The notes under the pieces are model-generated. The model saw only the letters and a program-made list of their open reading frames with translations, was not told where the DNA came from and made no database searches. Shown here piece by piece: positions 27,001 to 40,145 of a DNA stretch of 64,000 nucleotides. Source of the DNA: Oopsacas minuta (taxonomy: Eukaryota > Animalia > Porifera); the NCBI GenBank assembly GCA_024704765.1, contig JAKMXF010000357.1, forward strand, positions 62,001 through 126,000, given 5' to 3'. The position numbers and the translations under genes were made by a program. Positions within the stretch are counted from its first letter, which is position 1, and each line of letters starts with the position of its first letter.

Positions 27001-27855
27001 AAAATACCACTGTCAAAAAATTTGTTTAATATGCTTTCAGGAGCTTAGATTCTGGCCTTAGGATATGACAGTACAAGAAGTCAAGAAAAAGATCTCCTAA
27101 ACACCATCAATTACATGTACATGGTATAATTCTAGGAAATGCTAACATCATGTTTATATGATATTAGGACTGTTGCATGAGATAGTTTTCGTCCAAACAC
27201 TATATCTATTATCTACTTACTGAATGATATTGACACTGGTAATAGAATCAAATCAAATACTCGTCAATCATCAAATCAACAACGAAATATACGCTGAACA
27301 TTCGGTGCTTGTTGTGGTTTAATGACAATATATTTTGTAGATGTCATATGATGATGTCATCCAGTGATGACAATAACTTAATGTGATAAGGGGGGTCAAT
27401 ATCTCACTGAGATTAGAGTAGATTAATGACCCCTTAGGCATCCATGGTTCCTTTAATAGATGCGGTCATTATTATAGCGGGTCAATAATATCTCATACAA
27501 CAGAACTCACCCTTAAAGGTGTCCTTTGAAACTTATAGATGAAATAAGTGTGACTTTGTTCGAATAAGGTTGAAAAACACAGGCATAGAGTATATAAGTA
27601 TATGGCTTAAATTGGAAAACTTAATCAGCCTTCTTGATGATATATATGCCCTTCTATCATGTAGCTAATGGATTACTGTATACAATAATATTTGAACATG
27701 TCGATAAAGTTTCACTCACTCACAAAGTTGCCTACAGCAATTTCACAGAATGAAATCCAAACTAGTATAGTACAAGGATGCTTTACGATATATACATAAA
27801 TATATAGAAGAACCTAAGTCAATGTTAGTAAAGTTACACTATTAGAAGAGTATTC

Positions 27856-28953
27856 CTAATTATAAAAATTTCCAAACTCAGGATTAATACAGTCTTCTAC
27901 CTTAGGACGGACACCTTGGCTATGCTTGCTTCTGTGAGGAGGTTTAGGTTTTGAGAAATTGTTAGCAGGTGCCATTTTGGGAGGATGGATTTCATTGAGT
28001 AAAGATTTTTCAGAAAATTCATCATCAGTACTCAACTCAATTCTCTTAAGAACATCTAAACCTTTATCCTGAATTTGTGAAAGAAAACCAGATATTGAGG
28101 AAGAATATAACATGCGTTCCTTTATACTACAGGTATATCCAGGAGAGTAGTATACAAATATTATCGGATCATCAGAAGCGCCTTCATAAGAGTGATTAAA
28201 CCTGTAGATATAATATCGAGGAGATTTAGGAGGGAAAGTGTCTTTCAATTCTGTTGGTGACCTATTTCCGCTTAGTGTGCATAATATTTTCTCCCTAGAT
28301 ATATCAATAGAAACTTCGATAAAGTTGATATTCCCAGACTTGAATGCTTTAAATTCACTCCAAAATTCCTCTTGTATAGGGAAACTAAGTCCTCCTATAT
28401 GAGAGCTCCGATCTTGAGTACCGGCACCTCGTGTTTCGTTCACCTCCATGTCAACTAAGATTTGTTCTTCCACCGTTAGCGGGTTAGGAGCTTCCTTTGA
28501 TTCGAGGAAAGAGCGATAGCCATCTAGAGTAAGATCTTTCTTCTCGGTACCAAAAATTTCTACCTTAATATTGTCGCTTCCAAATTCTTTCTTCACAATC
28601 GAGCGAGAAGCTGAATACAACATTTTTTGTCTAGAAGTGGCAGTATCTGGTGAAAAGACTAAAAACAACCACTGATATTGACCAAAAGAGTTTTTTACAT
28701 CAAGCCTATAGAAAATATAACGAGGTTCTTCATCACTCACATATGGGATCACAAGTTCGTCATACTCTATGTCCCATTCTAATTGAGGAAGTTGCGAAAA
28801 GGATAAGACCAACTTCTCTCCTTCTATTCTTACAACAACGATGCGCAAGAGACCCTTGCGAGCATCTGCGAAGGAATTCTGAAGCCCATCATCCAATGTT
28901 AGTCCTGAATGTAGACTACTCATTATTTCTAATAGTAAAAAGCAATTAGTCAA
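27856..28953 (-). CDS. TWF: Twinfilin (two ADF-H domains plus C-terminal tail), single exon; true start may be the second Met at 28923
   Basis: Open 365-aa ORF with EPRYIFYRLD, RQKMLYSASRSIVKKEFG, CSIKERMLYSS and FSKPKPP, matching recalled twinfilin motifs. Confidence 0.95.
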   Translation of the reverse strand: MTNCFLLLEIMSSLHSGLTLDDGLQNSFADARKGLLRIVVVRIEGEKLVLSFSQLPQLEWDIEYDELVIPYVSDEEPRYIFYRLDVKNSFGQYQWLFLVFSPDTATSRQKMLYSASRSIVKKEFGSDNIKVEIFGTEKKDLTLDGYRSFLESKEAPNPLTVEEQILVDMEVNETRGAGTQDRSSHIGGLSFPIQEEFWSEFKAFKSGNINFIEVSIDISREKILCTLSGNRSPTELKDTFPPKSPRYYIYRFNHSYEGASDDPIIFVYYSPGYTCSIKERMLYSSSISGFLSQIQDKGLDVLKRIELSTDDEFSEKSLLNEIHPPKMAPANNFSKPKPPHRSKHSQGVRPKVEDCINPEFGNFYN

Positions 28954-29328
28954 ATGAGGAATTTAAGGGTCGTAACAGGGTTGATTTAACCCAAAACAGG
29001 CCAAACTGCCCGGTATATTTCGGTTCTGACCAAAACCGGAAACGATTTAATTAACGGTATTCATAATAGGAATCGGTTACTCTATGGCAGCGTTTCTTAA
29101 CCTTTTCATACCTCAGCACCCCCTGTAGTCAGTCTTAGCACTTCAGCAGCCCTTACATGGAACTACAAGTATTACAGTGCCCCTCTGTAACAAGGATGAA
29201 ATCAGACAAGAAATGCACTGTTTCATAATTGATTGTATTTACTTAGATTACTCCATTAAAAATCCAACTCAATCAGAAAGAAAATGTAACTTTAGATATC
29301 ACGAACACCTAACTCACAAAAATACTTA

Positions 29329-29457
29329 TATGGAATCCAGTTCCTTAGAACTGAACTGGTTTTACTTTACGCACAGTTTTATATTTCAGCTTATGGGTTC
29401 GTTTTAAATACCGATTTCCTTATATTGAAGTTCAGTTCCATGGAACTGGATTCCATA
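29329..29457. repeat. Short inverted repeat/MITE upstream of twinfilin
   Basis: TATGGAATCCAGTTCC...GAACTGAACT is inverted as AGTTCAGTTC...GGAACTGGATTCCATA. Confidence 0.6.
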
Positions 29458-30270
29458 CCAGTATAATTATTCCCTATCACAAATCTGTGACAGAAAAGAA
29501 CTCAAGTAAGTAACATAGAAAGAAAAATATAAGTTAAATACAACTAATTTATAGCCAGACAATACTATATGTAGTAAAGACAGCTGAATGTTTCGATATT
29601 TATCCTGAAGCATCTGCCAGCCTGAAATGTTATCTAGAACCTAAACAAAAACATCGTACAGCACATAGTAGAATCCTTATCCAGCACCCCAGGTTAAGAA
29701 ACGCTACTCTATGGTATACCCTATGACCAGTTATTTGAACGTTCAAAAAGACTGCATATATAGAGTCAAAGCTCATTTTATCGCATAAATTCCATTCAAA
29801 GTACATACAATCCTACTTAAAACTAGTTATAAATTCAAGAATATGAAAATGGCCAGGATGGTTCGTTAAAGAATTAGTTGAGAGAAGCTGATAGAGTGAT
29901 AGAAAAAAATTCCTACATAATAGGTCGGGTAGTATATGTATTCCAGCTTCTAGCATTCCATCACTCCACTTGTTGAAGGGAGGAAGGGTGGGACTGCATA
30001 AATCATTGTCTAATTAGTCCACTTCGTAGAAATCCAAATCGACATCGCCTTTCGAGACTTCGAATTATAAAATATACTGCGTGGGTCCACCAGACAATGA
30101 TATATAATTGGATAGCTCATTTAACCGTTAGTTAGGGCAGTTCTATGAAAAGCTGCTGAATCTCGAGAGGTATTGAGGTTCAAAAAGAGAGAACACATAT
30201 TATAGATGAGTTTAATGAATTATGTAACTTATACTATAAAACGCAATTAATCTATATGTGTATATATTTA

Positions 30271-31635
30271 CAGTGCGTTCAGAAAATATTGGCATTGAAT
30301 TTGATTTTGTTCCATTCAATATCTATGATAAGAATGATCAAAATTATATGTTTTCTAATAATTCGGTACTCCCTCAAATAGAATATACATGAGTAACTAA
30401 CATATAGCTAATAATTTATCTTTTTACCTCGACCTTTGAGGCATAACCGAATTCTATTGTCCATTGATAGACAAAATGGCTTTAAAAATACAGGGTCAAT
30501 TATGTTCCATATCTCCAAAATACCTTTCTTCAACTCATTTGAGTTTGTATATCTCTTTTTTAGGAGTCTCTTCTTTAGTACAGCCCAAAGATTCTCGATT
30601 GGGTAAGATCGGGGCTATTGGAGGGGCAGTCGATCTGATGTGCGACAAATTCCTGTTTCCAAGCCTTTGCTGCGTTTCCTGTATGTATAGGACTGTTACC
30701 CTCCTGTAATACCCATTGATTTCCGGAAAGCATTAGCTTATTGTATAAGTCACTCACTTAGAACTATTTTGTATCCTTCCTGGTTGAAGTTTTCGGTGAA
30801 AATTTTAAGATTTGTTTCGTCCATTACCGAAATACCATCCCAAATATGGAGCTTCGATGGATGTTTGAAAGTTGGCAGGTTAATGGGCTGTCCTTTCTTT
30901 GTCCATACATATATCTTGCCTGAATTCATCGATATTGAGCATTCATCAGAAAAGATCACGTTAGACCAGTTCTGACCCCTCATTAATTTACACCATTCTA
31001 GTCGTTTAGTAAATATGGAGTTGTGACAAGGTGAAATACTTACTGCCTGGCGATATTATAAGCCTCTCCCCTTCATTTCTTCCGATAGTGTGCTTTGGGA
31101 ACCGGAGTACTCAATTTTGCTAGACATTAATTCAGAGTGATCCTTGAATTGTGTTCAACGAGTGCCATAATCCTATTCCTATCAGACTTGTGCAATATTT
31201 GAGGTCGGACCTGTTCCTTTCTTATGAGTCAAGCTCTTTTTGTTAGAAATAGACTTCAAAACACGATATACTGTCCGCTCGGGTATAGCTAGTCGTCTCG
31301 ATATTCCAGTCGCTTTTGTTATCCCAGCATCAAAGAGTTCCTTTATTCTGATTCTATTATTTTCCTGAGCCTTCATACCAAAATTGTGGAAAAATATTGT
31401 CAGTGAAAGTCGGAAAATATGGGTCTAAAATGTGTGAACAAAAATAATAAGCACATATTTAATGTCAAAGATCATTTGGGATAGATAATGCAGAAATTTA
31501 GAATGTCAGTCGATCCATACATTTTAGGTGGGGTATATTATATGTTGTTATAACTTAGAAGACTAAAAAGGTTGTTTTAGAATATTTGTAAGGATATGAA
31601 ATAGTATTTATTGCCAATAACTTCCGAACGCACTG
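30271..31635 (-). mobile_element. Full-length but decayed Tc1 element
   Basis: 24-bp TIRs CAGTGCGTTCAGAAAATATTGGCA / TGCCAATAACTTCCGAACGCACTG (21/24) with TA flanks. WSNVIFSDECS, LQEGNSPIHT, PSNSPDL. Confidence 0.92.
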
Positions 31636-34349
31636 TATACTCGCTGCGCGACAGCTTAGGGCCTCAGGTTAGCAAAGTATTGAACAGCTACATTTCTTGA
31701 TGCTTTTTGTCACTACGCGACGGGATTAAATTTTGTAGAAATTTAAATTGTTTATTTCAAAAATATCGAAATTTGGAGAATAGATATTTTTATACAGTCA
31801 TGATGACGTCAGAACGTGTGGCATATTAAGGGGTACCTGTGATTCAATTCCAAACTTCTATCATGCATATTGGCTGAGCAGTGGTAAAGAATGTGATTTT
31901 TCTAGAATCAAAAAAGCTGATTTCGTCATAGGTGTGAAATTTCGACCAATACTCGAACTTGTCCGATCAAGGCCCAAAATACCCCTGTATGCCAAAAATT
32001 AGCCCTGGGGTCTTCCAGTTTCTTCAATCAATCAGGGACATACAAACATATAAATATATATGCAAATATACATAAATACACCTATACAGTTGAAGCCGCT
32101 TAATCGGGACACCTCGGGAGTCAATATTTTGTCCGATTAACCGATTACGATTATTTAAGTATTCAAAACTAGTTTTTCATGGTCACATGACCAGATATAT
32201 CTTATTTCTATACTACTAATCCTGATTTATCTAGGGTCTAGTAGAGAATGGTTGTAGTAAGGGTATAGTTCCGCTTCAAGAGGTCATAAAATGCGTTACG
32301 ATATATACTTAGAAATTAACTAAATATAGTTTAAATAATATGCACGTGCTTATTACTGCAACCCATGCAAAACGTTTGGATATCCAACAGTCTGGTCATT
32401 ATTGAGGGAATTAGACACGGTGGAATAGCCAATAGAACCTGAGGCGAGTGAGCAACTTTAATAATCTTGGTTAGTAAATGGTAATCGCATTGGTGTTGTA
32501 TTGTTATGGTTCTAGATAATATTCAAATTCTTAGTTTTAAAATAAACCATTTTACAATGATTCTGATTAAATATACAATCGTTTAAATGGGATAGAAATC
32601 CCAATTAAGCGAATATAATTCATACTCGGTTAATCGGGATAAGAAATCCTGAATAACCGATTATGAACTTTCAAATATTCAGTTAATCGGATATACAATC
32701 CCGATTAACCGATTCAATGTCCTAATTATCCGACGATTTATCTATGTAAAAATCTTTTCCCAAACCATTGTCCGGTTTAAGCGGATATCCCGATTATCCG
32801 AGTCCTGAGCACTTTTACATGGGCTTGTACTTAACTATAGGGTACATTCCAATCTGCCTGACAACTTTTAATTTGCTTCCATCAGTCCTGATGCAACATA
32901 TTCATGTAAACAACGACTCAATTTACGTACATACTAGTAATCAATCGAAATTTTCCAAGCCAATAAGCATTACTCATTTATGAGGAATACTTTTGCCGAG
33001 TATATATATGAGCCCGTCTTATAGTATTACTAAATTAACTTCGCAATAAATTTATATGTTACACAATATTGTCCAGAATTTTTACCTCCGATAGCACTGA
33101 CTTAGGAGTAAGAGGGAATAAAGATGTACAATCAAATTCGCTTTATCCTCTCCATATTGTTTCCTCCTTACATGTCTATGTTTCTACATACTATTTACAG
33201 GCCATACTTTATTGTCTCTCATTTATTTGCCACATTTAACATTTAAATATTGTAATTTAATGAGTCTTCCTTTTGACCAACATATTAGTGTCTTATTCAC
33301 CCGTACCCTCTCATTAACCAAGCAAGCGAATATATTATTTACCATTAATTAGCGTGTATATAACTAAAGTGCACCATGCACAAGTCAGCATTTAGCATCA
33401 TATGGTTGCTATATATGGAAGGTTAACAATCTAGATATTTATGCCAATAGGGGCAAACCGACACAGGGTTGGTTAGGGATCATCCTAGCGTGAATACACT
33501 GATGGTTAAGTGGAAATGTTGTCAACACAATAATTCATTCGTTTTGTCGATATGTTCCCTAATTTTCTCTTGATTAACATTCATATTTACTAGTACTTGG
33601 AGCGATAAATATTGTCCTAATATCAATTAATTAACAAATAGATAGAAAAATACACAAACCAATTACAAAAATATTTCAAGACCCTAGTCCTAATAGTCTA
33701 GGCAGTAAAGGTGACACGGCTGGACATCAACAATCATTTTAGTATCGGCCACTTATATAATACTAGTTGTGTTGTAATAGGAAGAACACTAAAATTCTTA
33801 GATCACCGTCTGTGCAGACTTAAATTTATCAAATGAATTTTGTGGATTATACTTATATTTACTAAATAACAATTCTAGCAAAGAAAGATAAAATTGAATT
33901 TTACACATCTTGTTAGACATTAATTATGTTAAATTCGAATTCTAAGTCCCTGTTTACCCCAATTTAACAAGTGGAAGCAAATCTCTAGGATAATTTTGAA
34001 AAGGTTCACCAAAAGGTGTGAAAATTGATTATTCATATGATAAATCAGTCTATACATATATTTAATAGAATGTATTGACAATTAGAATTGCAGTCTACTT
34101 CAATACGAATACATTAAAGTGCTAACATATTACATACACTCCATCAAAACGAATTTTATGCATCAATGCCTAGTTGTATATCTCTATAATATGATTGAGC
34201 TAAAATACAGAGATGTCAAAAGGTGTAAAAATATATACACATTGGAAATTTTCAAATGTGAGGTGCGCAACTAGATGTCACTACGAGTACACATGCCAAA
34301 TTTGGCTTCAAAATCTCTAAAGGTGTGAGCAGCAGAGCGAAAACATGAT

Positions 34350-34373
34350 TAGATAGATAGATAGATAGATAGA
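34350..34373 (+). repeat. (TAGA)6 microsatellite
   Basis: Directly visible. Confidence 0.95.
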
Positions 34374-36037
34374 CTTATATACTAAGTCCCCATTTAGAAC
34401 TGAGTCACTATACTATGGAATAGAATTCATCAACACAGTGAAACCACAAGACTACTAAGCGATGCGAATTGGAAATGAAGAACTGCATGGGTTCAGCTGC
34501 CACATCTTGACCATCGCCCACTCCAATTGGTAGCTGCACCCTCAGGATTGAAGAGGAGATTTGACACATTAGCAGGGAGAGAGAGAGGAAAGAGAAAGTG
34601 AAGATTCATACCAAAGGAATGGAGATAGTGAAGCGTATGCATGAGCACCATCATACGCACAGTGGGCTATTATTGCGAATTACTAGTATTAGGGTTTTAC
34701 GCGTTCAATTTTAGAGATAGGCTTATAAAATACATTATTACTGTATAGTAAGTCGACTATTGCAGTTCTTTTGTTGATTTCAATTTTGTTGTATCACATC
34801 AGGTTTTCAATATATGACGTAATCTTAATTACCATATACAGTAATACAGAAATCTAGATATACACTAAACTGAGATGTATTAAAAGAAATAGAATATGAA
34901 TATATTATGGCTATGGTAACTGAAGAATAACTAAAATAAGAATATCTTACTGACGAATTAATGTTAAATGCAAGAAGAGTTCATCTATGGAATTTTGAAG
35001 GAAAGAATCTTAATTATCAATATTATTTGTAACGTTTTCACCTTGCCTGTTTTTTACACAATTCTTTTGATGGCCTACTTGACCACAGGTGGAACAAATG
35101 ATGATCCTTCTGAATTTTTCATTCAGAATTGGACAACCATAGATGTAGAGTCTCATTGCAACTTCACTTAACCCACTTAGAAAATCTGATCTCCTGCTTA
35201 AATGTGTTGAGAACTCTCGGATCAACTTATGTCCTTGTTCTAACCCTTCTTCAGAAAGACTACACAATCCTACCCTGTCATTTCTCTCAATTAACTCATG
35301 AGCATGAGCCAAGAATTTGTGGAGTGTATTGCTATTAGATACCCAGGGAAAGGTTTGTAAGATTAGTATGTAGGTTTCTTGACTTACACACGAAATCTGT
35401 CTACATCGACAACTTCATTACTATCAGCAACTCTGAGCAATGCAGATAGATTTCTGTGAATCTCTGTCAGAGCATCTCCATAAACATTGGTACAAACGAT
35501 AAAGAGATCCTAAAACACTGTTTTTTATATGAAAAAAATGTTCTTGCCATGTTACCAGTGCTTGTGTTCCCACTTCCTCCTGGTTGGTGGAATAATAAGT
35601 TCGTAAGCACATGGATACGCTTGCATACTAAACCTCGATAATCTCACACCATTTGATCTTCAGTCCACTTGGACTTTCCTGCTGCAATTCGGTAGATGAG
35701 GTTCAAAAACCAATCTAAAATCCTTAGGTAAGAATGTAAAGGTGCTGCAGGAAATACATCAATTCTACTTGCAGGTTCGTGTGTAATTCCACACCGTTGC
35801 TTTGTATTGTAGCTCATCAGCTCTTTTCTATCAGAGGTTAACTGACCGATTGTCTCTTTGATATCCTCTATCGAACCATCTAAAGGAAACCCGCAAACAA
35901 CTTCGTAATGCTCTTGATATCACTTCGGGTTGCTTTGCAGGCAATACATGGCGCTCCTCCTTTACCTGTTATTGTTGCTAAGGTTTTTCCGTCAAACATT
36001 GAAGCTTTAACTTCCACTGGAACCTGACCATTTAGGT

Positions 36038-38362
36038 CAGGCTTGTCCAACCTTTTTTGTTCGCGGGCCAAATGAGGGCTTCTTTATCTACTTGTTGGCC
36101 GCACGACATTGGATATATCAAGGTAGCATGATGTTATTTATTTGGGGATGGCGTTAATACGGATTATTTCAGAATTGAAAAATCACTATATGTATTATTT
36201 AATTATAGTAAACTTTAATGATAAAGAACATATCTAATGGGATATCTGACTTTGTTTTTGTTTACACAAAGAGTCAATATCTGCTCGTACACTTGATATC
36301 GCAATCCGTAATATTCCTGATAGATGAGTGTCTGTCAGGAGTGATCTAGACTTGCTTTTAACATTTTTCATCATTGAGAAAAGCTGTTCACAGCAATACG
36401 TGCTGCCAAATAAGGAAAGGAACCTAAGGGCGTGTTGCGATAAATTAGGAAATAGATCCGATGTAACATATTGACCATAAAATGTCAGAAGGTCATGCTC
36501 TGCAAAAGCTCTCTTTCTCTCCGAGTTATTTTGTATTTCAATTAGTTCCAGTTGGAACATTTCAGGAGCATTAGTGGCATCAGTTCCAAACGGATCTGCA
36601 AACAACTCCATTTCATCGAATTTGTCACTAAAATCAGAAAATCTTAGTTTAAATTCATCGATTAAGCTGTTGATCAGTGCAGAATACTTATCATGATTCA
36701 CTGTCTCACTTTTTCTTGAAGATAATGTTGAGAAATGTACCACCTTTTTCAAAATAAATTGTTGGTGGAATAATTGTAATTTGTTGATGAACGCTTTGAC
36801 ATGCTCATACAGGTTGTTAACGAATTGTTTTCTTCCTTGTAGTTTCAGATTTAAATCTGCGAGATACTTAGTTATGTCAACTAGAAATGCGAGATCATTC
36901 AACCACTGATCATCATCCAGAAAGCTCACATCCTTTCCCTTAATGGTCATGAATGTTTTTATTTCTTCAAGTAGTGACCAGTATCTGGCTAGAGTGGACG
37001 CTCTGCTGAGCCAGCGAACTTGGCTAAAGTAAATAACATCGTTATAGTCTGATCCTATCTCTGCAAGAAACACTTGGAATTGTCTGTGATTGAGTCCCTT
37101 CGACCTTATGAAATTGACTGTATTGACGACATTTTCCATCACATGTTTCATATCTAAGGTTTTTGTACAAAGTTGTTCTTGATGAATAATGCAGTGGTAT
37201 GCCATAACAGGAGAGGTCATTGATTTGAGCATAAGGCTAACAAAGCTTTATGCTTTCCTGTCATCGCAGGGGCTCCATCGGTTGTTAAACCACTTAGTTT
37301 TTCATCTGCAAGTTTGAATTTCATAAACACATGTTTTACTACATTGAAAATATCTTGCCCAGTAGTTGTGCCTTTCATTGGACATAAGTCGAGCAGTTCT
37401 TCGATTATTTCGAAATTTTCTGTGACACCACGTACAAAGATTGCCAGTTGAGCTGTGTCGCTAACATCGGTACTTTCATCAAGGGCCAAGCTGTAAAATT
37501 TGCAAGCATTGAGTCGTTTAATTAGTGAAATTTCAATGTTGGATGATAAATCATCTACTCTTCTAGCAACAGTTTGATGTGACAGACTGATGCTCTCTAC
37601 TATCGACTTCTTATTTGGGCATGCCACAGATGTAAATATGTCTAAGCAGTCTTTTACAAATTCCCCTTCAGACAATGGTTTTCCACTCTTGGCTATCGCT
37701 TCTGTTATCAGAAAGCTGATCTTTGTTGCTGTCTCAGAACTTAATTTAACGGCTTTGAAGAAAGATTGTTGACTGTTGATGCTATCCTTCAACAGGTTCA
37801 CCCGATCGATTCTCACCTGACCTGTAAGCGTGTCAAATGTATCTGCATGTTTAGTAGAGTAATGTCGTTTGATATTATACTCTTTGAATACAGCTATCTT
37901 CTCCTGACATATCAAGCACAATAAGTATTCGTTGTGTTCTACGACGAAAAAATCTAATGTCCATGAGGATTTGAAAACTCGACATTCACTATCAATTTTC
38001 CTTTTCTTTGCTTTAATCACGGGAGTTGACATATTTGTTTTGTAGTTATTTTAATATTGTTTAAGATGGTTTATTATTTGGAATTTATATGAGCTGTTCG
38101 AGTTGAGAGAAACCCAGTTATGTGACAGATGATTACTCAATCAAAACTAAATTACAAAGTTATTTAAGGATTTTTAAGTTATTGAAATCACACTTTTCTG
38201 AAATTGGTTTCATTCAATTTGGTTTTGCAATATTGGGTTTCTCTTAATTGAGTTCGCTCAAATAGGTTTCACTCAATTAAATATCGCCACCAACTGATAA
38301 CAGTTCCCGAGCATGTTGGCGGGCCGGATTGTGGCCCGCTGGCCGTAGGTTGGACAAGCCTG
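36038..38362 (-). mobile_element. Near-intact autonomous-type hAT element (GTF2IRD2/SPIN-Charlie-like)
   Basis: Perfect 15-bp TIR CAGGCTTGTCCAACC; perfect 8-bp TSD ATTTAGGT (36030-36037, 38363-38370). Transposase in two overlapping ORFs. Confidence 0.97.
36234..38032 (-). pseudogene. hAT transposase (~600 aa) broken by one -1 frameshift near 37245
   Basis: ORFs 37217-38032 and 36234-37232. Adding one G (AAAG[G]CTTTGTTAGC) gives GKHKGFVSLMLKSMTSPVMAYHCIIHQ. Motifs LALDESTD, TTDGAPAM, VRWLS, GSTYCCEQLFS. Confidence 0.9.
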
Positions 38363-40145
38363 ATTTAGGTGATCAAAACGATTCTCATTTAGTGAAACAA
38401 TTTCAGGGTTTAGTAACTTGCTCAATTCTATCACAGTGTCAATAGTCTCCTTTTGGCAAATTGGTGCTACTGGTTGGTTTGAAAAACAGGAGTTAGGATG
38501 CCGATTTTCCCACAGAACAATCCCGAATCGATCTATTACCTAACCATGAAGACAATATAATTTCGTCGGTCTATATTCAAGTCTGGCAATAACCCAGGAG
38601 ATGAATGAGATCCAGAACCATCCAGTCCATGCTTGATTTTGAGTGTTAATAGATAGAAGTGTGGTGCAGGAAAATTTAGCACACACTCTTTTAACAACCG
38701 GTCAAAGAGAGAAATTACATGTGATGAGTAAGATTTATAGACCCCTATAGCATTGGAAACATTTGGATACCAGTCGAATGTTGAACAATTGATTTTCTAA
38801 TTTCACTAATTTTTTCCCAAGTTGCCAAAACGAGGCCTTCTGATTGGAGATAATATTTAAGATATCTCCATTTTCCTTTCCTAAGCATAAGTTGATATGC
38901 TAAGAATGTTGATTTTTCTGGTGAAACTATGTTACTGAGGGCTGGTATCAATTCTTCGTTATAGATTTCCAAGCGATATTTGCGATGCCTTTAAAACCAA
39001 TTTGTTCTACAGCTACAATATACAAGAGGAGAGCAACGTAGCGAATAACAGAAATATTTTCAAGTTGTGCTAACTGACGGATGGAAGTAAGTATCCCAGT
39101 CTGATCAAGCCTTATATTCTTTGAACGAACTTGAATGTCATCAATTGATTTTCTCCTCTCTACATTTGGAACCAATATAACACCGCTTTCTACATTACAG
39201 CCTGAAACAGAAAGGGATGATTGGGTGATCTTAGGTTTAACAGTCCATGGAATACTTGCATTCCACACTCACCATCTAAGCTCTCAATAGATTTCTTACT
39301 CTTTCTGAAATTAAATGATACTTTAGACATTAGAGAGTATACAGAATGTCTCTTGTCTTCCTCGAGATTTAGTATACGCACCACTTCATCTGCTGTTTGA
39401 TTGATATCATAGTCGTGAACCTTCAATATGATAGCCAAGTCAAGACGTGTTTTGGGCTTTCAGATACTATTGTTGATTAGAGGTTTAATAGGTTATCAAA
39501 TTAATGAACTTGTATGCTATCTCGTGATGTGCAGTATATATAAATAATTATTACGTTATATTGGTGTAAAATTACCATGTAATTACATTACATTATACCA
39601 TAGCAACGTAGATGTGAGAATGGAATTTGACAATATTTAATATATTGCGCAATGAAGCGGTATTTGTACTTTTAATATAATGGTTATATTACTTGACAAG
39701 AATACATACAAAAATTCAGGGTGGAAACTAGTGGAAACAAATTTTGCTGCCAACAGGATGGCTTATGGCTGAGAGAAATTTCTACAAAATCTTCACAGTA
39801 TTGTATACGTAATATCTGATTACTCTTTCGCTCCTGAAGAAATTCAACGATAGATTCAAATTCAACGCACTCACTTTGCTTGGAAAGCATGTAAATGAAC
39901 AATAGTATGTATCATAAATTCAACAGATTACTGAAATAGCTTCAGTCATTTATATAATGTATGCATAAACATAGAAGACAGCAATGAAGTCCTACATTTG
40001 ATTGACCACAAAAATAGAAATACTTACTGTTTCATCTGATACTTTACATATCGCTTGTTGAATATCTAGAATCTAATTCATAATTCAAAATGGTATAAAT
40101 TGAAGGTAAGAATTTGGGCCTAATGTACCTTAGTAGCCCACTGTG

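Larger units (their letters stand above)
34658..40145 (-). mobile_element. RAG1-core-like (Transib-type) element 2 with both termini, interrupted by a hAT
   Basis: TIRs CACAGTGGGCTA (34658) / TAGCCCACTGTG (40134-40145), flanked by CATACG on both sides. Protein remnants KHGLDGSGSH, ASMFDGK, CIAC, LHKFLAHAHELIERND, SEEGLEQGHKLIR, CSTCGQVGHQKNC. Confidence 0.92.

Noticed and set aside
34434-34440. CACAGTG as a terminus of element 2
   Set aside because: No matching extended TIR or TSD; the true end is at 34658.
38432-38438. Internal CACAGTG as a cryptic RSS
   Set aside because: Lies within the RAG1-like coding remnant with no nonamer-like partner; likely chance.
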